Positions 1-8,688 of a DNA stretch of 39,471 nt are shown here, one piece after another. The position numbers were made by a program, and so were the translations under genes. The notes under the pieces are model-generated. The model made no database searches and was not told where the DNA came from. It saw nothing but the letters and a program-made list of their open reading frames with translations. Position 1 is the first letter of the stretch; the number at the start of each line of letters is the position of its first letter. Source of the DNA: Gemmatimonadota bacterium (lineage in GTDB: Bacteria > Gemmatimonadota > Gemmatimonadetes > Palauibacterales > Palauibacteraceae); the NCBI GenBank assembly GCA_037383305.1, contig JARRPA010000002.1, positions 1 through 39,471 of the forward strand, given 5' to 3'.

Positions 1-1
1 G

Positions 2-1180
2 CGCCAGCTCCATTTCGGCCGGGAGTACCTGATCCCGACTCCGTTCGACCAGCGTGTGCTGCTCTGGGAAGCCTCGGCCGTCGCACAGGCGGCCATGGAC
101 ACCGGGGTCGCCCGGAAGCCGATCGACATCGAGGAGTACAAGCGCCAGCTCGAGGCCCGGCTCGGGCCCGCACGGGAGCTGATGCGGTCGATCATGGACC
201 GGGCGAGGCGGACACCGAAGAGGATCGTGCTTCCCGAGGGAGAGGAGCCGGTAGTCGTCCGGGCCTCCCACGCCATCGTCGAAGAAGGCCTCGGCACGCC
301 GATCCTGCTCGGCGATCCGACCCGGATCGAAGCGATCGCGGCGGCGGCGGAGGTGGACCTGGAGGGCGTGGAGATCCTGGATCCCCGTACTTCGGAGAAG
401 TTCGACGAGTACGTGGAGGCGTTCTTCCAGCGTCGTCACCGCAAAGGAATCACGATCGAGAATGCACGTTCCTACATGCAGCAGCCGATCTACTATGCGG
501 CGATGATGGTGGAGAAGGGCGACGCACACACCCTGATCGGGGGCGCAAACATGAGCTACCCCGATTCGCTGCGTCCGGCGCTGCAGACGATCGACCTGAT
601 GCCCGGCATCGAGAAGGTGGTCGGTCTCTACATGCTTCTCGTCAAGGACCGGCTGTACTTCTTCGCCGACACGACGGTGAACATCGATCCGGACGCGGAG
701 ATTCTGGCCGAAACAGCGGAAATGACGGCGGACTTCGTGCGAAGGCTGGGAATCGAACCGTCCGTGGCGATGCTCTCCTTCTCGAACTTCGGGTCGGCCC
801 CGCACCCGTCCTCCGACAAGGTCAGACAGGCGGTAAGACTGATCAAGGAACGCAGGCCGGATATCCCGGTGGACGGCGAGATGCAGGCCGATACCGCGGT
901 GGTGAAGGGTATCCTCGAGAAGACGTATCCATTCTCCGACCTCGAGCGGCCGGCGAACGTGCTGATCTTCCCGAACCTTTCGGCGGCGAACGCCTCCTAC
1001 AAACTGCTGAACCGGCTGGGGGGCGCCGAGGCGATCGGGCCGGTGCTGCTCGGGCTCAGCAAGCCCGTCCACCTGACTCAGCGCGGTGCGACGATGGCGG
1101 ACATCACCAATCTGGCGGCGATCAGCGTGGTGGACGCCGAGCAACGGAAGCACCAGAACGGAGGATCAGGCGAAGCCTGA
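2..1180 (+). CDS. maeB: NADP-dependent malic enzyme, C-terminal phosphotransacetylase-like domain (5-prime end lies upstream of the window)
   Basis: The frame is open from base 2 (RQLHFGREYLIPTPFDQRVLLWEA...). The listed ORF 56..1180 is only its GTG-initiated tail. The PTA-like domain pattern is typical of fused MaeB-type malic enzymes. Stop TGA at 1178-1180. Confidence 0.8.
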   Translation, partial: RQLHFGREYLIPTPFDQRVLLWEASAVAQAAMDTGVARKPIDIEEYKRQLEARLGPARELMRSIMDRARRTPKRIVLPEGEEPVVVRASHAIVEEGLGTPILLGDPTRIEAIAAAAEVDLEGVEILDPRTSEKFDEYVEAFFQRRHRKGITIENARSYMQQPIYYAAMMVEKGDAHTLIGGANMSYPDSLRPALQTIDLMPGIEKVVGLYMLLVKDRLYFFADTTVNIDPDAEILAETAEMTADFVRRLGIEPSVAMLSFSNFGSAPHPSSDKVRQAVRLIKERRPDIPVDGEMQADTAVVKGILEKTYPFSDLERPANVLIFPNLSAANASYKLLNRLGGAEAIGPVLLGLSKPVHLTQRGATMADITNLAAISVVDAEQRKHQNGGSGEA

Positions 1181-1202
1181 GCGAAGGGGGACCGGAGGGT
1201 TC

Positions 1203-2540
1203 GTGGACGGTGCGGGCGCGAGCGGCGCCCGCACGGTTCGCGACCCGCTATGGGGCAACGTGACGCTCGACCGGGCGGCTGCGTCGATCGTGGACGCCCC
1301 GGAATTCCAGCGTCTGCGGAGAGTGAAGCAGCTGGGCTTCGCCCACCTCGTCTACCCCGGGGCCGTGCATACTCGTTTTCTCCATGCTCTCGGAGTCTAT
1401 CACCTTTCCCGGCGCGCGATCGATGCGCTGGACCGGAAGGGACTTCTCTCCGAGTTGAACACGGGAGAGCTCGAGTCGCTTCCAGTCGTGCGTCTCGCAG
1501 CGCTTCTCCACGACGTCGGTCACTACGCCTTCTCTCACGCAATGGAGGAGCTCGAAGCGAACGCGATCCCCGGGCACCACGAGGAAGCGGCGGCCCGATT
1601 TCTCGAGTCGCCGCAGATCCGGGCGGCGCTGGGCGGATCGGGCGAAGGGACGTCGCAGCTCGTGATGGAGCTGATCCAGGGCCGTTCGGAACATCCGCTG
1701 CAGGGCCTCGTCTCGGGTTCGCTCGACCTCGACAAGATCGACTACCTTCGGCGGGACAGCCTGTTCTGCGGCGTGCCGTATGGCGCCGTCGATGTGGAAC
1801 GACTCCTGGAGTCGCTTACGCTCGCCCGGGAAGAAGAGGGGGCCCCGCTCGAAGTCGCGGTGACCGAGAAGGGTCTCAGTGCGCTGGAGTCGTTGCTGTT
1901 CGCGAAGTATCAGATGTTCCGGAATGTCTACTGGCACCATGCTGTCCGCTCGGCGACGGTGGCGTTCCGACACCTCGTCGAGGGCTCGCTGAATGAGGGG
2001 CTGCTGGTCCGGGAAGACCTCGCGGGCCCGACCGATGAGGAGTTGCTCGGTCTGATCGCCGCCCGGATGAAGGTCGGAGAGGTTCCGCCCGTTCTCGAGC
2101 GGCTGCACTCTTCTCTGGTCAACCGGAATCTGCCGAAGCGGGTCGTCGAGCTACAGGGCGATGAGCTGCCCGTCGGCATGGCGGAGTGGGTGCCGGAGAG
2201 ACGCGAGCTCGTTCGAAGAGTCGAAGACCGACTGGCGCGAGAGTGGGGTCTCGAGGCCGGCTCCGTGTTTCTCGACTACCCCGCCAACCCGAACATGCTG
2301 CAGCTGCGGCTGCTTCTCGTTCGCAGACGCGGCGAGGTGCAGCGTTTGACGTCGGAGGGGGAGGAGCACCTCATAGATCTGCCCCGACTCGGCCGATCCC
2401 TGCACCAGGCCACGCGGGCGCTCCGGGTGTTCTGCCTGGAATCGAAGAGCCTGCCGAATGTCGCGCCGCTGCTGGATCTGCTCTCGTCGCCGGCCGACGA
2501 GGCGCGGGCTCGCCTCGACGAAGACCGGCCTATTCTCTGA
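1203..2540 (+). CDS. HD-domain metal-dependent phosphohydrolase (dNTP triphosphohydrolase-like)
   Basis: The in-frame GTG at 1203 lies just after the maeB stop. The earlier part of ORF 1086..2540 overlaps maeB and looks non-coding. Motifs HTRFLHALGVYHL and LLHDVGHYAFSH form the H...HD signature. A DKIDYLRRD motif is also present. Confidence 0.8.
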   Translation: MDGAGASGARTVRDPLWGNVTLDRAAASIVDAPEFQRLRRVKQLGFAHLVYPGAVHTRFLHALGVYHLSRRAIDALDRKGLLSELNTGELESLPVVRLAALLHDVGHYAFSHAMEELEANAIPGHHEEAAARFLESPQIRAALGGSGEGTSQLVMELIQGRSEHPLQGLVSGSLDLDKIDYLRRDSLFCGVPYGAVDVERLLESLTLAREEEGAPLEVAVTEKGLSALESLLFAKYQMFRNVYWHHAVRSATVAFRHLVEGSLNEGLLVREDLAGPTDEELLGLIAARMKVGEVPPVLERLHSSLVNRNLPKRVVELQGDELPVGMAEWVPERRELVRRVEDRLAREWGLEAGSVFLDYPANPNMLQLRLLLVRRRGEVQRLTSEGEEHLIDLPRLGRSLHQATRALRVFCLESKSLPNVAPLLDLLSSPADEARARLDEDRPIL

Positions 2541-3288
2541 TCGGCGCTCCGGACACGTCCACCACCAGAGCCGTGACGTTGTCGGTCCCTCCCGCGAGAT
2601 TCGCCTCGCTCACCAGACGGGAAGCCGCGGGCTGGGCGCCGGGGACCGTTCTCAGGATCCTGGCGATACGCGATTCCTCGACCATGTCCGTCAGACCGTC
2701 CGTGCAGAGCAGGTAGCGGTCGCCGTCCTCGATGTCGCCGATGTAGAGATCCGGTGCGGGAATCGGATCGGTCCCGAGCGCCCGTGTGATGATGTTCGAC
2801 TGCGGGTGCCGGAAGGCCTCGTCGCGCGTGATCATGCCGCGCTCGACCTGTTCCTCGACCCAGGAATGGTCAGTCGTGATCCGGACCAGATCCTCGCCGT
2901 GGAGCACGTAGGCCCGACTGTCCCCGATGTGTCCCACGACGCGGTTGTCGTCGGGTCGGAGCACGAGTACGGTGGCCGTCGTGCCCATACCGTCGCGTGA
3001 AATGTCGGCCTGGGCCTGCCGGACGATTTCGTTTCCCGCTTCGAGGAAAGCCTGCCGGAATCGGCTGCGGGCCTCGTCCAGCCCGTCTTCCTCTCCCATG
3101 GCGCAGAGCCGGACCCCGATCATTTCGGACGCGATGGCGCTCGCCACTTCGCCTGCCGCATGACCGCCCATGCCGTCCGCTACCACGAAGACGCCGGATT
3201 CCGCATCGCAGAACACGGAGTCTTCGTTCGACTCACGGACCCGGCCGACGTCGCTTACGGCCGCACAGGACCAGACGAAGCGTCCCAT
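2530..3288 (-). CDS. PP2C-family Ser/Thr protein phosphatase
   Basis: The N-terminus AVSDVGRVRESNEDS...VVADGMGGHAAGEVAS and the C-terminal GGTDNVTALVV are classic PP2C/Stp motifs. The 3-prime end overlaps the convergent HD gene by 11 nt. Confidence 0.9.
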   Translation of the reverse strand: MGRFVWSCAAVSDVGRVRESNEDSVFCDAESGVFVVADGMGGHAAGEVASAIASEMIGVRLCAMGEEDGLDEARSRFRQAFLEAGNEIVRQAQADISRDGMGTTATVLVLRPDDNRVVGHIGDSRAYVLHGEDLVRITTDHSWVEEQVERGMITRDEAFRHPQSNIITRALGTDPIPAPDLYIGDIEDGDRYLLCTDGLTDMVEESRIARILRTVPGAQPAASRLVSEANLAGGTDNVTALVVDVSGAPIRE

Positions 3289-3428
3289 TCTCTCCTCTTA
3301 CACGATCTTCCGGTCGACAGACCCTGTTCCTTCGTCCGGCCTTCCGGTCCGGGCATTTTCCCGCGTGGATCGAGACAACTTGCACAACGTTTCTTCCGGC
3401 TGACACCCCCTTGCGCATTCGGACTCGT

Positions 3429-3457
3429 TTGACGGTACCGGTCGGCACACCTACCTT
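3429..3457 (+). promoter_or_regulatory. Candidate sigma-70-type promoter for the sigma factor gene
   Basis: TTGACG (3429-3434), a 17 nt spacer, then TACCTT (3452-3457), about 100 nt upstream of the ATG at 3556 in the 267 bp divergent intergenic region. Pattern match only. Confidence 0.3.
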
Positions 3458-3555
3458 TCCGATCCCCAAACAGCAGGGAGGGTCCTACGGCGGCAACGAA
3501 GAGGGTCCGCAACGGTCGCTTTGAGGGCACGGTCCTCACCACGGAACGCGCCAGC

Positions 3556-4371
3556 ATGGTGGACCTCTATCTGGAAGACGTCAGTCGGCACGCTCTCCTG
3601 ACACCCGAGGAAGAAGACCGTCTGGCCCGATTGGCCCGGGCCGGGGATACTCTGGCTCTCGAACAGCTGATCCGTGCCAACCTCCGGTTCGTCGTATCCG
3701 TGGCGAAGCGATACCAGAATCGCGGTCTCGCATTCGGCGACCTGATCCAGGAGGGGAACATCGGACTGGTCACGGCAGCCACGAAGTTCGATCCGGACCA
3801 GGGGGTCAAGTTCATTTCCTACGCTGTCTGGTGGATACGCCAGGCGATCCTGGCCTCACTCGCCCGTCAGGGCCGTTCCGTACGGCTTCCCCTCAACCGC
3901 GCCACGGAGCTCTCCCGGGTGCTGCGAGTGTCGGGAGATTTGAAGCAGACACTGGGGCGGGACCCCACGGCGGCGGAAATCGCGCTGAAGGCCGAACTGA
4001 AGCCCGCCATAGTAGAGATGCTTCTCTCGCTGAACGTCGCAGAGGTCAGGCTCGACGCCCCGATCGGGGACGCCGAGGACAGCAATCTGATCGAGCGATT
4101 CCTGGTGGACGAAGACCGGGTGGACCTTTCGGTGGAACACCGGATTCTCGAGGAACGGATCGCGGTGGCGCTGGAGGGGATCCGGCCACGGGATGCCCGT
4201 GTTCTGCGCCTCTACTATGGACTCGAGGGCGAGTCGGAACACACCCTCGAGCAGATCGGTCAGATTCTGGGAGTCACCCGAGAGCGGGTTCGTCAGCTGC
4301 GCGATCGGGCGCTATCGGAGATCCGGCGAGGAGAGACAGGAAAGGCGCTCAAGACCTTCGCCGTCGCCTGA
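3556..4371 (+). CDS. RNA polymerase sigma factor, sigma-70 (RpoD/SigA-like) family, short form without region 1.1
   Basis: Region 2 (FVVSVAKRYQNRGLAFGDLIQEGNIGLVTAATKFDP, YAVWWIRQAI), region 3, and the region 4 helix-turn-helix (TLEQIGQILGVTRERVRQLRDRAL) are all present. Confidence 0.9.
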   Translation: MVDLYLEDVSRHALLTPEEEDRLARLARAGDTLALEQLIRANLRFVVSVAKRYQNRGLAFGDLIQEGNIGLVTAATKFDPDQGVKFISYAVWWIRQAILASLARQGRSVRLPLNRATELSRVLRVSGDLKQTLGRDPTAAEIALKAELKPAIVEMLLSLNVAEVRLDAPIGDAEDSNLIERFLVDEDRVDLSVEHRILEERIAVALEGIRPRDARVLRLYYGLEGESEHTLEQIGQILGVTRERVRQLRDRALSEIRRGETGKALKTFAVA

Positions 4372-4392
4372 CGGCGATCGATCGGAATCCGG

Positions 4393-5391
4393 CTACGGCC
4401 CGAGAAGCGTCTCCACCCGGCAGTCGGAAGACTCGGTCCAGTCCACTTCGCGATCGTTGTCCGTAGCCAGGCTCGCCGCGAGCCGTCGCCCGCCGGATCC
4501 ATCCCGCATATCCACGAAGTCGACCCGGCCGGAAGGACCGTTCACGGCATCCACGTAAGTGTAAACCTCTTTTTCCGCTCCGCCTTCGTACCGCCGGAAC
4601 TCGGACCAGACCGGGTAGTAGCCTCGCTGCGGGTCGAATCGTGCCAGATAGAAGAGGGAGACGGCATCCCCGGTCGGCGCCGGTCCCTCGAGATCGTCGT
4701 TGATCAGATAGGTGGCGGCGAATGCGGGATTGGCATCGCCCGGCCAGGCGACGGCATCGAGCGCGACCCGCTGAGCGAGGTACGGCCGATTCTCGCCCCG
4801 AGCCCGCAGCAGCTGCTCGGCCAGGATGGGCCCGAACGTCCGCATCCGATTGTCCGCCTCGATAGCGACGTACCGTTCGGGATCGGCGGCGACGGAATCG
4901 GGCTCGAATGCGAAGGCGACCCGGGGCGCCGGGCTGCCTGCGGGCACCAGAGAGCGGCCGGTGGCGACCGACATGCACTCCGGGCGAGGCGTGGTGACTT
5001 CGCCATCGAGGACGAAGCTGCCGATCCTCCGTCCTGCCGCGTGCAACTCGAGCTCACGGCCCGCGAAAAGAAACCGAGCCGAAAACCGGTCTCTCCAGCT
5101 CTCGTCCGGATCCTCGGGAACGGCGATCGGGCGCAGCCCTTCGGCGTCGAGTCCGGCGATCGGCACGGCCCGGGAATCACCGGTGGTCGGGTCGATTCGG
5201 ACCGCGAAGAACAGGCGCCCCTCGGGCAAGGGAGTCGGAGGTGCTGCGGCCTCCGCCTCCGTCACCGGCTCCGGCGGCGCCTCGGGGGCCGGATTCTCGA
5301 GTCGGAACTCGGCTCCCCCCCATTCCACGTCGCAACCGGCAGCGCCCATACCCGGCAGCAGGATCACGAGAAATCGGAGGATGCGTCTCAC
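4393..5391 (-). CDS. Hypothetical lipoprotein
   Basis: GTG start at 5391. The leader MRRILRFLVILLPGMGAAGC has a lipobox-like AAGC. The amino-acid composition is coding-like throughout. I recognise no family. Confidence 0.6.
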   Translation of the reverse strand: MRRILRFLVILLPGMGAAGCDVEWGGAEFRLENPAPEAPPEPVTEAEAAAPPTPLPEGRLFFAVRIDPTTGDSRAVPIAGLDAEGLRPIAVPEDPDESWRDRFSARFLFAGRELELHAAGRRIGSFVLDGEVTTPRPECMSVATGRSLVPAGSPAPRVAFAFEPDSVAADPERYVAIEADNRMRTFGPILAEQLLRARGENRPYLAQRVALDAVAWPGDANPAFAATYLINDDLEGPAPTGDAVSLFYLARFDPQRGYYPVWSEFRRYEGGAEKEVYTYVDAVNGPSGRVDFVDMRDGSGGRRLAASLATDNDREVDWTESSDCRVETLLGP

Positions 5392-5545
5392 GGACGCTAG
5401 ATCGATCGCAAGCGGGCTGTAGATTGTAGCTTCTCCATGCCGAACGGGTCGCAGCGGCCTGAGGCGGGAAGCTAGAACCGGACTCGGGACTGATCAACCT
5501 CGAGTCGGTTGCTCGCGACGGACTCACGCGAACGGGGAAGGAAAA

Positions 5546-6577
5546 GTGGCCGACGTCGGACTGTTCCACCACGAGGCGTGCAGCCGGCACGACACCGGCT
5601 GGGGTCACCCCGAACACCAGGGCCGGCTGCGCGCCGTGGTTCAGAAAATGGCTCGTTCGCTGCCGGACCTTCACGGGAGGGTCGAGCCGGTAGAGGGCGC
5701 ACCTGCAGGGACGGAACTTCTCGGACGCGTGCACGACGAAGCCCACATCACGCGTGTTCGAAGCGCCGTGGAACACGCCGCAGAAACGGACGAAATCGTC
5801 AGACTCGAGGCCGATACCGTCGTCTCCTCCGGTTCGTGGGACGCCGCGCTCGCCGGGGTCGGGTGCATCGTGGACGCCGTACGCGCCGTGATGGCCTACA
5901 GGTATCGCTCCGCCTTCTGCGCGGTGCGACCGCCGGGTCATCATGCCACTCCGGATCGGGCGATGGGTTTCTGTCTGTTCAACGGAGTCGCGATCGGCGC
6001 TCGCAGCGCGATCGAGGAAGGTCTGGCCGAGCGAGTGCTGATCGTGGACTGGGACATACACCACGGGAATGGTACGCAGGATGCCTTCTACGAGGATGAA
6101 GCGGTCTATTATCTCTCCATGCACGCGAGCCCGCACTATCCGGGGACCGGCGCCGCGAGCGAGCGCGGCAGAGGCAGCGGCGAGGGCACGACGCTCAACC
6201 TCCCGCTTCCGATGGGACTCGAGCCGGAGCAGTATGTCGAGACGCTGGTCGGAGGGCTCGAAGAGGCAGCCTGCTTCGAGCCGCAGCTGGTGCTGATCTC
6301 GGCAGGTTTCGACGCCGCGCTCGGCGATCCTCTGGGCGGCTTCACCCTGGAGGCCGACCATTTCCGCCGCCTGACGCTGGCAGTCGGTTCCCTGACATCG
6401 GGGAGTGCGCACGGTCGGATCGTCTCGGTTCTCGAGGGCGGGTACGACCCGCCCTCGTTGGGCCTGAATGTGGACGCGCACCTGCGGGCGCTGGTGGAGG
6501 CGGCCGGAACGGCGCCTCCGCGGGACGCGCCCGGGCACTCCATCCACCCGGATCTTTCCGAGGAGGCAGGGCAATGA
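5546..6577 (+). CDS. Histone deacetylase-family (arginase-fold) deacetylase / acetylpolyamine amidohydrolase-like protein
   Basis: GTG start at 5546 preceded by GGAAGG. Motifs RPPGHHA, DWDIHHGNGTQ and LEGGY are diagnostic of the HDAC/AcuC family. Confidence 0.9.
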   Translation: MADVGLFHHEACSRHDTGWGHPEHQGRLRAVVQKMARSLPDLHGRVEPVEGAPAGTELLGRVHDEAHITRVRSAVEHAAETDEIVRLEADTVVSSGSWDAALAGVGCIVDAVRAVMAYRYRSAFCAVRPPGHHATPDRAMGFCLFNGVAIGARSAIEEGLAERVLIVDWDIHHGNGTQDAFYEDEAVYYLSMHASPHYPGTGAASERGRGSGEGTTLNLPLPMGLEPEQYVETLVGGLEEAACFEPQLVLISAGFDAALGDPLGGFTLEADHFRRLTLAVGSLTSGSAHGRIVSVLEGGYDPPSLGLNVDAHLRALVEAAGTAPPRDAPGHSIHPDLSEEAGQ

Positions 6578-7605
6578 AGCTGAGCTGGGAGCGACTTCCG
6601 CTTCAGGCCGCGGTCCCGTTCCGGATCAGCCGTTCGGTGCAGGACCGGATCGAGAGAGTCTGGGCACGGATCGAATTCGATGGCGAGGAGGGGTGGGGGG
6701 AGGCGGATCCATCCCCCTATTACGGTGAATCCGCAGAGACCGTGGAGACCGCGCTCGGCCGGATGCGCCCGATCCTCGCCGGCCTCGCGAACCCGGATCA
6801 CCTCGAAGCGATCGAAGCGCGACTGCGCCAGGCGGTTCCGGGAGACGGGGCTGCCCACGCCGCAGTGTCGGCAGCCCTTCACGATCTTTTCGGAAAGAGA
6901 GCGGGACTGCCGCTCTGGAAGCTACTCGGACTCGACCCCTCCGATGCGCCTCAGAGCTCGTTCACGATCGGTATCGACGAACCGGAGGCAATGGCCCGGC
7001 GGGCCGCGGAGGCCGCGGACTGGCCGATCCTGAAGATCAAGCTGGGAACCGACCGGGACCGGCAGATGGTCGAGGCGATCCGCGCCGCAGACTCTTCGAG
7101 GCGTCTGCAGGTGGACGCGAACGCGGCATGGGGCCCTGACGAGGCGGTCGAGAACATTCGGATGCTGGCCGACCTCGGTGTCGAGATGGTGGAGCAGCCA
7201 CTGGCCCCGGGCAGACCCGATGAGTGGAAGTGGGTGCGTGAGCGCTCGCCCCTGCCGATCTTCGCGGACGAGTCCTGTATCGCGGCCTCCGATGTGCCCG
7301 GCCTGACCGGCCTCGTCGATGGCGTCAACATCAAGCTGACGAAGTGCGGCGGAATCCGCGAGGCGCTGAGGACCGTCCATACGGCGCGTTCGTGCGGGCT
7401 GGAGGTGATGTTCGGGTGCATGCTCGAGAGCACACTCGGAATCGCGGCGGCCGCCCACCTGGCGCCCCTCGCCGATCGGCTCGATCTCGATGGTGCGGTT
7501 CTGCTCGCCGAAGACCCGTTCGAGGGACCGGGCCTGGAGGCCTCGCATCTCCGGCTCGGTCCGGAGCCCGGACTGGGGGTCCGACGGGTGGGCCGCGCGG
7601 AGTGA
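6574..7605 (+). CDS. Dipeptide epimerase (L-Ala-D/L-Glu epimerase-like), enolase superfamily
   Basis: The ATG overlaps the HDAC stop (ATGA at 6574-6577). The enolase-superfamily metal and acid/base pattern is present: KIKLG, VDANAAW, VEQP, ADES, KLTKCGG. Confidence 0.85.
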   Translation: MKLSWERLPLQAAVPFRISRSVQDRIERVWARIEFDGEEGWGEADPSPYYGESAETVETALGRMRPILAGLANPDHLEAIEARLRQAVPGDGAAHAAVSAALHDLFGKRAGLPLWKLLGLDPSDAPQSSFTIGIDEPEAMARRAAEAADWPILKIKLGTDRDRQMVEAIRAADSSRRLQVDANAAWGPDEAVENIRMLADLGVEMVEQPLAPGRPDEWKWVRERSPLPIFADESCIAASDVPGLTGLVDGVNIKLTKCGGIREALRTVHTARSCGLEVMFGCMLESTLGIAAAAHLAPLADRLDLDGAVLLAEDPFEGPGLEASHLRLGPEPGLGVRRVGRAE

Positions 7606-8051
7606 CGGGAGTCCGGGCGCTCCGCCGAGTCGCGCTCGTCGCCGCCGGCTTCCTGGCGGTGGGCCTGCCTTGCCGAGCGACGCCCGCCGCCGCGCAGGTC
7701 GTCGCCGGAATCGTCGAGGACTCCTCCGGCGTGCCGATCGCGGGCGCTTTCGTGGTATTGGAGGATTCGTCCGAGACGGTGGTGGCGCGCACGCTCACCC
7801 GCGACGGGGGCGCCTACCGTCTCGCGGCTCCATCTGCCGGCAGATATCGGCTGCGTACCGACCGGATCGGGTACGTCGGCGCGGTGTCGCCCTGGTTCTC
7901 TCTCGAATCCGGAAAGACGCGGGAGCACCGGTTCCGGGTCGAGCCGATTCCGATACGTCTTCAGCGAATCACGGTGAAGGAAAGGGCGCGCTGCGAGGTA
8001 CTGCCCGACGAGGGCGTACAGCTGCATGATGCACAGGCACGATCTGGATGA
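7602..8051 (+). CDS. Secreted CarboxypepD_reg-like domain protein, N-terminal part (probably the same gene as 8026..8688)
   Basis: GTG 7602 overlaps the epimerase stop (GTGA). The signal-like leader is RALRRVALVAAGFLAVGLPCRATPAAAQ. It is followed by VVAGIVEDSSGVPIAGAFVVLED...YRL, typical of carboxypeptidase regulatory-like domains. The earlier part of ORF 7344..8051 overlaps the epimerase. Confidence 0.65.
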   Translation: MTGVRALRRVALVAAGFLAVGLPCRATPAAAQVVAGIVEDSSGVPIAGAFVVLEDSSETVVARTLTRDGGAYRLAAPSAGRYRLRTDRIGYVGAVSPWFSLESGKTREHRFRVEPIPIRLQRITVKERARCEVLPDEGVQLHDAQARSG

Positions 8052-8688
8052 ACGGGGACGTCCGCTCTCGGAGGCCGTGCTCGAGGAAGTCAGGTTCTAC
8101 GGGCGACACCCGTTCCGTTCCATCCCGGCCCGCGACCTGGTGTTCGGGGGTTTCGTCCAGGAGCCCGACGGTCGAGTCGCTTACTACGCTCCCGATGCGG
8201 ACGTTCTTCTCTCCGACACCTTCGTGAGGAGGCATTGCTTCCGCCTGGTCCGTGGCGGCGCAGATCGGGCCGGACTCCTCGGACTCGAGTTCGAGGCGCT
8301 CGCAGAGAGCCGGCTCCCGGACATCGAAGGCGTCATGTGGCTGGATCCGGCGACCTCCGAGCTCAGACGGCTGGACTACTCCTACGTCAACCTGGACGCA
8401 CCCGTCGACACTGACCGGCTCGGCGGACACGTCGAGTTCGCCCGACTCCCGACGGGAGCCTGGATCATCCGGAGCTGGAGAATCCGGGTCCCGGTAATCG
8501 AGTGGGTCGAAGGTCGACCGGGCCGCACGGCCGGGAGATACCGGATGACAGGAATCACCGAGGGAGGTGGACAGGTGCTCGCCGTCTGGCTGACCGCCCG
8601 CATCGCGGGACTGTTGTCCGCCGACACGTTGCGGGTGACGCCGCCGCCGGATTCGCTGCTGGTCCGGTTCGAGCTTCGTGAGCCCTAG
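8026..8688 (+). CDS. Hypothetical protein, likely the C-terminal part of the CarboxypepD_reg protein after a frameshift
   Basis: Coding-like 220 aa ORF in the +1 frame relative to 7602..8051, overlapping it by 26 nt. It has no signal peptide or ribosome-binding site of its own. Its TAG stop shares the palindrome CTAG with the convergent priA stop. Confidence 0.6.
   Translation: MMHRHDLDERGRPLSEAVLEEVRFYGRHPFRSIPARDLVFGGFVQEPDGRVAYYAPDADVLLSDTFVRRHCFRLVRGGADRAGLLGLEFEALAESRLPDIEGVMWLDPATSELRRLDYSYVNLDAPVDTDRLGGHVEFARLPTGAWIIRSWRIRVPVIEWVEGRPGRTAGRYRMTGITEGGGQVLAVWLTARIAGLLSADTLRVTPPPDSLLVRFELREP

Noticed and set aside
5177-6574. 465 aa ORF on the minus strand
   Set aside because: It is exactly antisense to the well-supported HDAC-family gene. 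The translation is Arg/Gly/Pro/Ala-rich with no motifs. This is a typical shadow ORF of high-GC DNA.
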